Shown: in pieces, positions 1-14,149 of the stretch
How positions within the stretch are numbered: position 1 is the first letter of the stretch
Layout of the letters: every line of letters begins with the position of its first letter
DNA from: Octopus vulgaris
Taxonomy: Eukaryota
DNA length: 64,000 bases
NCBI GenBank assembly: GCA_951406725.2
Contig: OX597825.1
Coordinates: 54,002,001 to 54,066,000 of the forward strand
Direction: 5' to 3'
Position numbers and translations under genes: made by a program
The notes under the pieces: model-generated
Told to the model about the DNA's origin: nothing
The model's input: the letters and a program-made list of their open reading frames with translations, nothing else
The model's database searches: none

Positions 1-1043
1 GTGTGTCTGTTTGTATGTATATATAATTTTGTAGAAAGCTAGGAGTCAGACCATAGTACTTCTTTGTAGGTAGATAGATATTCTAGGATATGACTATTTT
101 TAAACGCTTTGATGCCCTTTACAACCAACTGGCATCTATACACACACAAAACACACACACATACACACACACACTTACGCACATACACTTATACACAACT
201 TTTTTTTCGTTGAAATTTGCATCGTTGCCAAGTCAATTGCGTCTCATTGATTAATGCTGACAATTGCACGAATTAATCGCCGATGAATTACTCGCAACTT
301 TTGCGAGCAGCAACGAAATTGCCCGAAGTACAAAAGTACAAAATACACATCTTCGAGACCAACGGAGACCCACACCCAATAATAGGAGCTATTGAATGTT
401 AGCTTTTTTTTTACTGGTGTTTATTCCGTTCTGTATCTTATACATATTAGCGTTTCATACTAGTTAGCATGTAGTACATAGCAGCCAGTTGTATGCTTCA
501 AAGCCCGGCTTCAGAAATCCTCAATAAACACCTATTTAACTAGTAATCTATTAAATAAAGTAATGCAATAGTTCTTCCCTGTAACACCAACTTTTCATAG
601 AAATACCTGAAAGATTAGAACATCTTAAAAACCCTTCTTGTAATAAACGATCGTGAATTCAATCAGAATACAAGTTGTATGTACAATTATGAAGGGTTTG
701 ATAACATATCAATAAATAATGAGATTAACAATGGAGGATGTATGTTTTCCATCAGATATAAATAATAACTGATGCAAAAAATTATGTTGACATATAACGA
801 TTTGATTTGTTAATATTGGAAGTGTATAGCATCTGGGTGTTTGCTAAGCATGACACAGCATTGATTGGTAGATATCCTATATGATGCCTTGCAGAAAATG
901 GAAATTAATAAAATTATATCGATGCGTAACATACACTGATACAAACGCAAACATAAATGTATATACACAAGACACAGTGTTAAGCATAACATAATTACAT
1001 ATAAGTATATCTATATCTGTCTCTATCCCATTCACTCATAAAC

Positions 1044-1081
<38 letters not shown>

Positions 1082-1137
1082 ATATGTATGTGTTTGTGTG
1101 TGTCTGTGTAGATAAATAGACAGATAGACAGACAAAC

Positions 1138-1212
<75 letters not shown>

Positions 1213-1375
1213 GAGATAGAGAGAGAGAGAGAGATGGATAGATAAATAGATACATAGATATGATGTAGCAAACGGTCGTTCCCGTTGTATAAAGTGTAAA
1301 CTTGCAGAAGCACATGCAACATTTACAGGTATTCTATAGTGTTAGTTTAGAAGAGGTCTTGAGTAGCAAAATTGG

Positions 1376-1415
<40 letters not shown>

Positions 1416-2201
1416 TACAGCGAGAGAAAGAGAGAGAGCGAGAAAGAAAAAGACATATATATTTACTTACATGTATATGTGGGTGTATGTGTGTATAATA
1501 TTTATTGCCTAGGCTTAAATTTCTTTTGTTTAATTACAAGTATTTCCTTGAGAAATCGTGAAAATTTGTCGGTTTTAAATAGAAGATAAACTAAAGATCA
1601 TTAGACGAAGCCTCGATTGGATTCCTACGATGCGATAATTAAGGAGTGAACACGCTAAATCAACACCTAAAGTATAATTCTTTTATTTCTAATTTTAAAC
1701 TAGATTCTGCATACAAAGGACAGGAAGTCTTCAGAACTAAATATTATTCTCTTAAATTTGAAAATCGTGATCGAAGTAAAGATATTATTTATTTTTTACC
1801 TCACACATTTTCAAGACAATAATTTCTTTTGTAAAATGCATTAAAAGACTTAAATTTTGTTATCTTGTTCACAATAGCATTTAGAAAGGGAGCGGGTATT
1901 AGTACTTTAATATCAATGTTCCTTGGAATTGGTATGTGATGCAGTATTTGATAGTGTGCGTTTGAGACTCTGTGTGTGTTTTCACTTCTACACACACACA
2001 CACAGAAGTACAATTAAATGTTACAAACCTCATTCAGGGATAGCAAATTCATATGAAAGTACTGTTTAGTTACCTATACAAAGAATATTGAACATTACAT
2101 CTAACACTCAACTGTAAGGTAGCTATATAAACCGTAGTTTATATATACTTATTTCTTATAATAAACGTTAACTTAGTTAACGGTTATACAAATTAAATGT
2201 C

Positions 2202-2284
2202 CAATTCCTGCATGTTAAGTAAACGGCTGCAAGCCTTTAACTCAGTTAACGGTTTGCAGCCGTTTACTCAACATGCAGGAATTG
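2202..2284. repeat. Near-perfect palindrome, 41-bp arms
   Basis: caattcctgcatgttaagtaaacggctgcaagcctttaact-c-agttaacggtttgcagccgtttactcaacatgcaggaattg; 3 mismatches between arms. Confidence 0.9.
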
Positions 2285-2310
2285 AAAACCTTTTTGTATA
2301 TCTTTATCTA

Positions 2311-2410
2311 CCTCTGAAGAGATTCGACTTTCAAGTAATTTTTCATTTAATTAATTTTCTGAAGGTCTGGATTTGAAAAGTGATGTTTGTCAATGTTTTA
2401 ATTAATAAAT
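2311..2410 (+). ncRNA. Degenerate hammerhead-like motif with long stem II, followed by AATAAA (putative Penelope-like terminal repeat)
   Basis: CTGAAGA 2314-2320, imperfect stem (gattcgactttca...tgaaggtctggattt), GAAA 2375-2378, AATAAA 2404-2409. Stems I and III are not convincing. Confidence 0.35.
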
Positions 2411-2438
2411 TATAATTTATGGCTTAACCCCTTTATTT

Positions 2439-2631
<193 letters not shown>

Positions 2632-2692
2632 TATACATGCATTAATGTACTCTAAAATCTGGTACACATGATATATATATATATATATATAT

Positions 2693-2727
<35 letters not shown>

Positions 2728-2778
2728 TATAGATAGATAGATAGATAGATAGATATATTTACAAATACACACACACAC

Positions 2779-2818
<40 letters not shown>

Positions 2819-2884
2819 ATGTGTGTGCGTGTGTGTGTATGTATATATAACCAATATCTGTTGGTCTTTTCATGTTTGTTTTCC

Positions 2885-3900
2885 TGTTTGTAACTGTCCT
2901 GGCTACTGCAACTTGCCTCGTGAGAAATAATGTCGTCAAATCATTCTCTAGCATTTGGTAATAATATGGTTGATGTCCAGAGTCTTCGTCTTGCACAACC
3001 TACACTAGCTCTCTGTCAAGGCTTTTTGACATTTTATGCTCTAAGTACTCGCTGGGATCTCTTCTTCTTGAATTGCAAGGAGGTAGCTTTTGAAGTGAAA
3101 TGTCATAATCTTTTGGCATGATCTATTCCTTCTACGATTTATGTCTTTCGGGGCAAGTACATTTTATTATCTTCTCAGTGAAATGGTCCATTTTTTTAAC
3201 GTTTTCCTCTGATAAATGCATTTTACCAATCATCCTTTGGCTGGAATTGGCATTACTTCTTAGTTCATACCTCTACTCAAGTTTATTATCTAGCCTAATT
3301 ATGTTGTTGATTTCATGGTCACAAAATTAGAAAATATAGTCTCTGGTCTCTTTCTTCTGCAGCAGATGTTGTTTCACTGTCACGATACGCACTTCGTATG
3401 ACAATACAGATTTAAGACCATGGCTAGTATCGTTGCGATTGAAGTATAACCTGTCCACATCTCCAGGAGTGCTGAATCTGATTTTTGCTTTAACTCACAG
3501 CAACCTGCGTGTTCGGACATCTATCACATCTAGTTCTTGTAGTAAGCGGTTCAGAAGGCCAAACGCAGACGTTAGGATAGGCATTGCAAAAGTATTCTGT
3601 GCAGTACACGTGCTGCTCTTTGAGAAATGTGATGAAAATATTTTCTTTACTCTCTTGATGTATTCATTCCTGGTCCTCTTCTAACTTATAGGTCAATCAT
3701 ATCTGAGATTCTCATCTTCTCCAAGATACTTGTAATTGTCATCTTATTGTAGAAGCTGTATTGTCAAGTCCTTCATTATTAGATATATAAAGAGGGCACA
3801 AAGATGTTTTGTCAAAACTGAAGATTTGGAGTCAGAATAATTCATACAAATGCGCGCAGAAAATTGGGTAGAGAAGTCCAATTAGCTTTTTATGCGGTTG
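2885..3900 (-). mobile_element. Old degenerate R4/Dong-like non-LTR retrotransposon fragment (RT C-terminus to CCHC finger)
   Basis: Manual minus-strand translation with stops/frameshifts: NYKYLGEDENLRYD...EYIKRVKKIFSS...NTFAMPILT...DVRTRRLL...DVDRLYFNRNDTSHGLKS...SYLLAIQEEEI...CRLCKTKTLDINHIITKC. Collinear with the motifs of the 33.3-34.9 kb copy. Confidence 0.8.
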
Positions 3901-3931
3901 TTGTGTATATATGTATGTTATATATGTATGT

Positions 3932-4935
3932 ATCCTCTTGAGAAATTTTCTCATATAAACTCAAAATGCTAAAAAGCACAAACTATATCAGTAGCTGCAA
4001 CTAGGTCATCTCCGATGGAGGAGGCTTTTCTATCACTTGATTTCAGCGTAATTTGCATATCCCGTAGAAGGGGCGCCATACCACCGAATGCCAATTGAGT
4101 TTAGATGTGCAAAATAATACTTGGTATGAGAGCAGTTTCTATCGGTTGTAGCTAATTTACACTCCATCAGCTAGCTTTTTACTCATTGTTTGTTTAGTCA
4201 CTGCTAAACTGCATCAGTTTCACAGTATTTCGAACTAGTATTCGGTAGTAGGGTGGCTGTTGCTCAGAAGCCATAAATAATGCCCAACAGCACTGCAACA
4301 ATGAAACAAATTTTATATTTTTCGTTAGAAACAGCTCTAAAATACCAACAAGTGTTTAACAAACCATTTACATTAAGCATATGACATCGATATTTTCGAA
4401 ACTATAGAGCTGATTCTAAATCAAAGTTAAAATTTTGTTTTGCTTGCGAGGCGTTATTGAACATCGGTGAGATAGATTTTACTCTATCTGTATATTCTTC
4501 GAGCCATCGATTTTAATTCGTCTCGAGGGAACAAAATATCGATATTCACGTCCGGGTAGATTCGTTTCACGTGAATTTGAATGACACTGTGCTTTTCACA
4601 CACACCAGTTTCTCCAAAGGGACATTCCCTGAACGAACTATCGTAGACAATGTGTGTTTAGCAAAACATATCCTTTATGTGACACACACTTATACACAAT
4701 GTGACACACACCTATACATAATGTGACGCACATATATGTATACATGCATGCTGTATGTAGCAGTTCATAATAAAGTTGCATACTCTTGCGCTTTCATATG
4801 CATAGGTTATGCAAATTACGCTGAAATCAAGTGATAGAAAGGTTTCCTCTATCGGAGCTGACCTAATTTCAACAACTGATAGAGTTTGTGCTTTTTAGCA
4901 CTTAAAGTTTATATGAGACAATCTCTCAAGAGGAT
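3932..4935. mobile_element. Fold-back element with ~128-bp inverted arms (3932-4059 / 4808-4935)
   Basis: atcctcttgaga...tatcacttgatttcagcgtaatttgcata is the reverse complement, with scattered mismatches, of tatgcaaattacgctgaaatcaagtgata...tctcaagaggat. The repeat is direct observation; element class is uncertain. Confidence 0.75.
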
Positions 4936-5033
4936 TGTCACGGCATATAGCCTTTGAAAACGGCACACCCACGTTAAGTTGGATGTGCAATTTAATATTC
5001 ATTACAAAGGCTGTTTCCGACATGAGAAACCCA

Positions 5034-5077
<44 letters not shown>

Positions 5078-5164
5078 GTATATAGACACGTACAGATTTA
5101 TATATATATATACACACACAAACAATATATATAATTTTATACAGACATGCGCGCACACACACGA

Positions 5165-5208
<44 letters not shown>

Positions 5209-5472
5209 AAGTATGTATGTATATAAATATAATGAAGCACGTCCACATTTTATCATTATCATTTTATCCTAAATGTTGTTATTAATATAACCGTAGGACT
5301 AACGGTTCGTAAATTTATATGATAGTAATTATATTTTTCCTTCATTTCATATGATATTGAAATTGCTCCACGGATATTTATGCATATACTAGCGTAAATA
5401 TGTGTATGTATGCGCGTGTCTGTGTAAGTGTTCTTGAGTATTATATATATATACATACACACATATATAAAC

Positions 5473-5562
<90 letters not shown>

Positions 5563-5741
5563 AGGTAACATACATATATATGTAACATTTGCTTATGTAA
5601 GTGCATACATATGCAGGTATATACATCTTCCTCTTTCTTTATGTTCATTTATTGAATTCTTAATATGCCTTATTCTAATGCCCTGTAATAAATTTTATAA
5701 TTTATTCTACACCAAATAGAGAAATTCATTATGTAAGTTGG

Positions 5742-5779
<38 letters not shown>

Positions 5780-6102
5780 CCCCATAATTTGGATTTAGTT
5801 TAATAGGTGCCAGCGCAACAGTTTGGCGAACAGTGATTTCACTATTTCACTCCTGCAAATTGTAAACGTGTGTGAGCGCGCGTGCGCATGTACGTGTGTA
5901 TATGTATATGAAAACGCATGGTCCAGCTTTCTGATTTTTACACTCACGATCGCGAGGTCGTTATTTCAGTGCCTCGATCGGATGGTAGGTACAATGTGTT
6001 CTTGAACAAAATATTTTATCTCACATCTTTTTGCGATCACTTCGATATTCATCTCTGTAGCAAATCATTTTTGCAGATCATTCGGCAAATGCTGAAAACC
6101 AA

Positions 6103-6508
6103 TATGTGGCTTTGTGCTAAGAAGCTTGCTTGTGTTTATCATTCGCCATCGCTTGACAATCGACGTTGGTGTGTTTACGTTCCCGTAACTTAGTGGTTTG
6201 GCAAAAGAGACTGATAGCACATGGCTATGTGTTTAGGGTGTTGCACTCATGATTACACAAACGTGGTTTCGATACTCAGACCGGGCGTTCCGTTGTGTTC
6301 TTAAACGAAGAACTTTATTTCTCGTTGCTCTGCGATCATTTCAGTCAAGTGATACGTGGCACATGGTATACCTGAAAGATAATGTCGATTTGATTGAGGT
6401 AGTGATTTTATGTGTACACAAACATTTGATCACTATAAGCAAATCATGTGTGGTTTTCGGCAATTTCTTGCCGAACTCTCATGCGTCGTCTGACGATGGG
6501 AGACTCCA
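6103..6508 (+). mobile_element. Two adjacent degenerate tRNA-derived SINE fragments
   Basis: 6103-6217 matches head and central parts of the 45.8-kb SINE (cgcttgacaatc...gtgtttacgt...ggcaaaagaga). From ~6220 a second head with A/B-box-like tggctatgtg / ggtttcgatac. Confidence 0.6.
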
Positions 6509-7551
6509 TAACGTACATATATATACTCAATATTTCAATTCTATTTTCCTACTCGTATCACGAAACCTATACATACACATAAATATTCATATAAATACAC
6601 ATACCTGCACGAACAAACACATATACATATATTCATGTGTGTGCATGTGTGTATATATGGATATATGCTTGTGTCTGTGTGTGTGTATATATTGTGTGTA
6701 TGTATATATTGTGTGGTTGTTTAATCTGTGTTTTCAAATATTTTGAAATTTTGTTTTAATCAATTGAAGAAAAAGTATTGATCAATTGGTAAATTGAAAG
6801 AAATTTTATAAGAAAAATGTCAGAACTAAACAGTAATCGGATGTGACATTTAGTAAATGTTGATTGCACTAGCATTGCATTTAATGTCAAAGTTCATGTT
6901 TAACAGTGTGTAGGCGGCAGAGAAGGCCTTATGAAAACTTGCTAAACGCAGAATGTTTAACTGTAATGTGGGACTTACCTGTATCAATAAAAGTTTTCCT
7001 TGAACCAGAAATATCTATAAACAGCTTGTCTAACGCGCATGAAACTTATTTGTTTGATCATCTCACTCATATGCAGGTAAACTTTGCTTTTAAATCAAAT
7101 CACTCATACGAAGTGAAATTTTGCTTTTACATGAACCCCAGGTTTGTCTATATTTATGTTCAGAAGTTGTATACCTTCGCATGTAGTCTTTCTTTGTAAT
7201 ATACTGTGATACTTCGAAATACTTGGCGGAACGTTTGTTTATTAAAGTTATTTTAGTGAGTTATCAGCTAACAGCTTCACCAGAACCAAATACGGAAAGA
7301 GTTACCGAGAAGTGAGTTTGAAATAAATTAGCAATCACACTAAAATGTGTACCCCCAGCATGACCACAGGTCGTGGGTGAAAAGAAAGGCTTTGTTTCGT
7401 GTCTCATCTGGAAATTTCTAAGCATTTACTACAAAGTTACCTGACGACGAAAGGAAAGGAAACAGTTCGAAATGTTACTACGATATAAATATGTTATGTA
7501 TTCATATTAAATATAGCACTTATCTTTTAAAATGTGGTACGTATTCTATTA

Positions 7552-7885
7552 CTCTCTTTTGTCGATACGCTATTGTAGGGGGAAGTAAACAAGCCAACAC
7601 TAATTTTCAAACGGTTGATCGGGTAAAACACACATTCACACATACACACATACACACACATGCAACTTCACACACACATACACACCTTTACATGCACATG
7701 CGCATCACCTTACACTCACAGGCAGACACGTACGGTACTAATCCTCACTTTCAGTCTACCAAATTCACTCACTATCGATGGCCAGCTCGAAGCTGTAGAA
7801 TAAGACACTTACCCAAGGTGCCGAGGGAGTGAAACTGACCCCGGAACCTGGTGATTGCAAATTGAGCTTCTTAACCACACAACAA
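7552..7885 (-). mobile_element. Degenerate SINE of the 45.8-kb family with internal (CA)n
   Basis: ttcagtctaccaaattcactcac...gacacttacccaaggtg...cttcttaaccacac is the reverse complement of the 45773-46150 family. Confidence 0.7.
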
Positions 7886-10154
7886 TATCTGATGTGTATT
7901 ATTTTGTATAATCTTCATTATGCTTATTCTCACTTTTCCATGTCTCCTTGCCATTGTTTAGAATACGCATTTCGTGTTTCTAGTTTTGTGAACTTGACCG
8001 AAAATCGCTGAATATACATCAATGAACTTAGGGAAAGAAGAATTTTTCTTTCTGGTCGCTATAGACGGCTTCATGAGTGTATTGGGTTTAACATGATGTG
8101 GTAGTGATGTTGGCTTTGGCACGCAAGCCATATCACGTATCAAACTAAATGAATCATATATTTGGCTACGTATCAAATTCCAGCTTGACCCGAGATGATC
8201 GATGACCAATTTTGATAGGATTCTTAGAATATATACAGTTTTGTTGATTTGTAACGAGAAAAAATGGAACTACACACAACACAATAGTATAATAAGGATT
8301 CACTGTTGACGCAGGGTTCCAATCGATATCCAAACGATTTGGTGTTCGGAATTATAGTTGCATGAAGAACTGGAGCAGCAGATATACCACTCGACTAACA
8401 CATTGTAACCTAAATTTATACAGTTACCTTTGCAAAATAAATGGGGCTTTCCAATCCCCGCCACTTGAAAAATCGAAATATTCGATTAAAACAAAATATT
8501 TGTTTTGCGTCTCCGATGCTTTATATTGTATATAAGAATATATTCAGTTATAGATAATTATCATATTCTGATAGAGGGAAAATAATTATTGGTTATGTTG
8601 TTACATGAAAGAGTTTGTTTAATTAAAGTCAAACCTTGAACTTACTAATTGATTTATTTGTCATTCTATTATTCCGCCTTAGCTATGATCAAGTAGTGGG
8701 AAGAAATAAATTTTTGACTTAGTGGTGTCTAAAATATTTAAGGATGCATATTCTAGCGTAGTGATGGGTTCATTTGATGCTTTTTTGCCTTTGGTTTCAG
8801 TATAAAATTGTTGTGATTTTCCCCCAGTTTCCAGAATCTGGGTAATCGATAATATTGGCATCAGTAGAATAAGTATTGATGGGTCCTATATGACATGGAT
8901 TTAAGTTGTTAAATTTTCCGTTGTTTGGAAGCCTCGTAGAAGACTCAATGTATAGTGAAACAAATGATTTAAGTTTTGTGTTCTTCTCGTATTCGGAAGT
9001 TCGTTTTCCAGCATTGTTTGGAAAGCTTGAATTATGTGTCAGCGGTTGAGGAAGGTATTGGGATGTGCTTAGCTGTTACTGCTGTTAATGTAGGCACTCC
9101 CTCATTTTACCATTATTATTGTTGCTGCTGTTGTCGTGATTGATGATGATGATGAGAAGAAGGAGGAGGAAACGGAGGAGAAGGAGGAGGAGGGGAGATG
9201 GGGAAAAGGAGGAGGAGGAGGGATGGGGATTGTACTTAGTGCTTTACAGTTATTTTGTGATTTACGATGCATGAAAATATTTGACAGCTTTGTATTTTAT
9301 AATTTATTTTCTTTGTTACTTCAATGTTTATTTGTTTTACACTCAGTTATGTGGTGTGTGTATCCGTGTACGCGCGTGTGCGTCTGTGTGTGTGATGGGG
9401 GCGGTTGGTGATCGTGTTTGAGATGATCCTGAGTTTGCCTGTTTTTTATCTTCTTCATCAGACTGGTTAAATCTGTTGTAGAATTGGCGTTACATTTGTC
9501 TATGTTGGCATTTAGATATCTTTTTTTTTTGTGGATGCGTCTGTAATTATTTCCTTTCTGTATCTCATTACAGGATGTATGATGCTGATAATGGCCACGT
9601 TGTTGAATTATGCTGGTTTTGATTTTTGCTTCCTGGTTGAACAGGTTTCAGTGTTTTAGATGTTTTTTTCAAAGATGGGTTTGCTTTGTTCAGTGCCATG
9701 TGATTATATTATAATAAATGATGACGGGATGATAATCAGGGGAGGGGGAGATATCATGTAATATCATATGGTGGTACTTCGGAATGTGTGACGGAAGGTG
9801 ATGTCTGGACAAGAATGAGTTTTTTTGTAGTAACTTGGTGAGGTATTGTGTTGGTTAGCTTTATTTAAATAATGTAGCAATGTTTTTATGTGCGTTACAT
9901 ACTTGTGATTAAAAAATTGCTAATTTCATATTTTATGTCTTTGGCTACTGGGAATTGGGTTGGTGTAATTTTTAGATCAAGTATATTTTTTATCATCATC
10001 AAAAAAATATGTCTGACTTTAGAGAATTGATCATAGTGTTTACACGTAAATAGGTATATATGTCTACGGGTACGTACATATATGATAGTATAATATGCAA
10101 TTATATGTGCGTGTGTTTGAGTTTGTATGTGAGTGTGTGCGTTTGTGCGTATGT

Positions 10155-10180
<26 letters not shown>

Positions 10181-10192
<12 letters not shown>

Positions 10193-10300
10193 ATGATAAA
10201 CACGTATGTACACGTAATTATATGCACAGTAGATATATGTATATATATATATATATTATATATAATGATAAACACGTATGTACACGTAATTATATACACA

Positions 10301-10310
<10 letters not shown>
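10181..10310. repeat. ~71-bp tandem duplication within an AT microsatellite
   Basis: tattatataatgataaacacgtatgtacacgtaattatat(g/a)cacagta occurs twice. Confidence 0.9.
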
Positions 10311-10395
<85 letters not shown>

Positions 10396-11275
10396 CACAC
10401 ATATTTGACTCCATCTCGCTTGTCGTAGGGAGCTTGTCGTAGGGAGCTTGTCTCCCTTGTCAGCCTTTAGGAAAGTGCTTTCATGTGGCTAAGAGTTGTT
10501 TTGACTCTTATTCCTAGTAATTTAGTGCTGACGTTTGTGACGACTATACTTGTTGAATTTCGTTTGTAAATTGTTAATAGCCACCTTAATAATTTATATA
10601 TATGCTCATGTGTATATTTTTGGACTGTGCGATCCCTACAGAGTAGTATTCATTGTTTTCGGGGGAAAACCGCTCTAACCTCAAAGGATTTTAACAAACA
10701 CAGGATTCACATCGCTCCTAACAAACTTTTATTTTATTGCAGGTCAAGTGGAAGAAATAGGAAATTTATTGTATAGGCAAGAAAGCAAATGAAACTAAAT
10801 CATCTGTTGTTGGGTTCGCTATAACGACAGCCATTAGTAAACAATTGTCATACTTCCTTGAATTTAAAAAGATTCCATTATGACACTAAAAATAAATTTA
10901 AGGGTGAGAACTCCGTACAGAATAAACTCCGAAAACTCTAACAATGTCATACAATAGATATGACAAAGACACCTTCTGTAATAGCTTCCCTTCTGACATC
11001 TAAGAAGGCCCTTCAAATGTCAACGTCGTATTATTTGTTGGCTTTAATGCCAGGGTTGGTTTCAATTCTCTTTGTATTGAAGCAAATGGCAAGCAGAGTG
11101 TAGGCAGAATCAATAGCAACAGGCTGCGCTGAAAAATGTAGTCCTTTTTCTCTTTCAAAGAAATATAAAGATCGGGAAATCAACTAAAAATAATACACTG
11201 ACACACATATACACACAGATATGAATGTATGAATGTATTTATATATACATATACATATATATATGTATATATATT

Positions 11276-11323
<48 letters not shown>

Positions 11324-12112
11324 TATATATTATATAAAACGAAAAACTGAGCGAGAAAGGAAGAAAGAGAGGAGTTGATAGCGAGACAGACCGACAGACA
11401 GGCAGATAGATAGATAGAGATTTACGCATTCTGTCTATGGACTATCATTAATTGGCTACATAATCAACAGAAAACGGATAAAATCATTTTTTATTTCACT
11501 TGTACTCCATACATTTAGTTGGTTGTTGGACCGTTCTTTGTAACTGCGCAGCAAACTATTTTTCACTGCTTTGAGAAAACAGCGAAATCAAAAAGTCAAA
11601 GTTCCTAAATGCATAAATGTCAAGACACTCCAGGCTAAGGACAGAAAACGTGAGCCCTTCATAACACTGACAAATGTATATATTTCAGAAAATGTTGAAA
11701 AATGTCGGATATGCTTAAGAGAAACAACATATATTGCTTCCTTACAAAAATACATATGTAGCCTCATCGTAAGCATTCAACGACATCAGCTTGGAAATTA
11801 ACTATTTTTAGATCAATCATATTCTGCACATTGCATCTAAATGCTGTGATGTGTTGATAGCTCAACGGAAACACTGATATTCGACAAAATTAGAAAGACG
11901 ACTATGTGACAGTTTAGAGTAATAGTTAAATAATCAGCAAGTCTAGTATAATGAAGTTCAAAACTAATAGCGTCTGTGAAACCTAAAAGGAAGAAGAGAA
12001 CTCTATTCTTAATTATTAGAAAGGTTTCAATTAATATGTGACAAAGTGGCCATGAACTTTCCAATCAAACTTGGGTTAACACAGTTCTATATTTAAGAGA
12101 TGAGGAATTATG

Positions 12113-12282
12113 TACATTATTTACATTATTTACAATTGACGGATATTTGTCCTCATCTTGTTTGTTGTTAACACAACGTTTCGGCTGATGAAGGCTGGAG
12201 GGTATATCAGCCGAAAGGTTGTGTTAACAACAAACAAGATGAGGACAAATATCCGTAAATTGTAAATAATATAAATAATGTA
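12113..12282. repeat. Inverted repeat, ~77-bp arms, with a hammerhead-like core across the centre
   Basis: Arms 12113-12189 / 12206-12282 with ~3 mismatches. Plus strand reads CTGATGA-A-GGCTG-gagggtatat-CAGCC-GAAA (12185-12216). Confidence 0.85.
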
Positions 12283-14077
12283 AAGCTGATTTGAAAAATA
12301 ACATACACAAAGTAATTTGCGATAAACATTATCTTTCTTTCTTTCCTGATAGTCTTATCCTAGGTAGAGTGTTTACTCATACTGCATAAACAATATTAAT
12401 AGTATTAACCATCTATGAGGAGCGGTTAACATGCTAAATGTTATTAATACATTACGGGGTGATATGATTGATGAAGTTATCTCAGGCGGGGATGTATATG
12501 AATCTAGTAGAGAATATAACGGCACTAATCATCATTGTATTGCCTCCTATGCCATCTATTTTATATTTATGAGTTAGGATTCACCATTCTTTTACAGACA
12601 TTGACTAGTGAGTCTGATTTGTATTTCGTACAAGAGAAATCACCAAAGATTTTTGGCGAAAACAACACCTAAAAAATTATATTTTATATATTGTTAATGT
12701 AACAAATGTATACTATTTGAAGAAGCTGAATTAATGCCAAGATGTTTCTTGCACAGATCGAAAGATTCCAACACACCATAAACTTAAAGAAAACGGAAAC
12801 AATTGACAACCTGACGTCGACTGCAAAGAAAGAAATTGATTAAACGTTATCAACCTGCTTATATGTACCAAACAAGTCGCATAAAATTAAAATCCCTAAA
12901 TCAGAAATATGTAAAATTGCTTTACTGCTTGGATATCCTTCAGATATTGGAATGGTTATAAATAGATTATCCAGTGCTACTGACCACTTTAGTAAATTTC
13001 ATGAGTGGGGTTGATACTGGAGAAAATCTTTTGAAAATAATATTTAATGTGTACCGCGATGTACTCTTCTAAGGTTGTTTAATAGATCTGGTGTTAGGAT
13101 TTCCTGTCACCCGCGTATAGAAGGGTTAGTTATTTCTATATCCATACTTGTGTTACATTGTTCATTTCCTTGATCGGACAAAGCCTCTCCTTTCGAGAAA
13201 TGTGGCATTTCTAGCACTGGCGCATTTTTTAAATCTATTTATAATTTGTAGGAAGGACACAGAATTTGAAAGAGTAAGGAAACCCTACCCAGTGCTTTTC
13301 TATGCAGCCAACTGAGAGATTTCGTAGCATTTCAAGCTTGAAATGCTGCGATGACTCTCAGGACACAAATCTATACTGGAACTGATATATCTAATTCAAA
13401 GATATCCATAATATAATGTGTAAGGCGTCACACGATAGCAAAATGGATACGGAAAATATTATGATGCCAGGTCCTGAAAGATTTTGAGTATTGGCGTTAG
13501 ATAAATCGACTGAAGACAGAGAAAAGAGAAATCGATCTCAACACCAACATTTTCTTGATTTTATTGTGATTCTTGAGGATTAAAGCTTTGATTATTGATG
13601 CAAAGCTGGTTTCATGCTTCAACGTAGATACATGTATCAGGTAACTGACTGAGCATTGGGAAATTCATGCATAAAAATCGATAAGAGAGAATCCGTCATG
13701 CGATTAAATACGTATGCACAAATGCTCGCGCCCACACAGTGATACATATGCATAATTATATATGAGTAGGCATGTATAAGTATTTTGAAAATTGTGTGTG
13801 CACGAATGACGGGACAAATGAAAGAAAAGTGGCACTCACCAGATTTGGTGTGGTTACATATATTTTAACTCAGTACCATATGCCTTCAATCTTCGTGCGC
13901 TTGTAAGATACATCCATTTCATCAGTGTTTAGAAAACTGAGTGACGTGAGACAAATTCAAGATGGCTTCTACTTGATTGAGCCCTGTCGGTCGCCTCAGA
14001 GGGGCACGATTTTTCCAGAAACTCACATACATACACATATATATCGTTTGTTTTATGCGGAGTTTTATATACATACA

Positions 14078-14149
<72 letters not shown>

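Noticed and set aside
205-330. Weak inverted symmetry around ctcgcaa...ttgcgag
   Set aside because: Arms are short and gapped; not distinguishable from chance.
6974-7016. Possible 36-nt minus-strand exon ending in CAG/GTAAGT; similar isolated donor-like sites near 13835 and 30945
   Set aside because: Isolated splice-like motifs are expected by chance in 64 kb; no recognisable peptide or exon chain.
7441-7480. CTGACGA-C-GAA...TTC-GAAA hammerhead-like string
   Set aside because: Only a 3-bp stem II, no convincing stems I or III, and no second copy in the window.
8090-10000. Faint Tc1-like (LTHCNLNLYSYL) and Penelope-like (SKIYFFP) peptide echoes
   Set aside because: Too degenerate to call by eye; needs a profile search.
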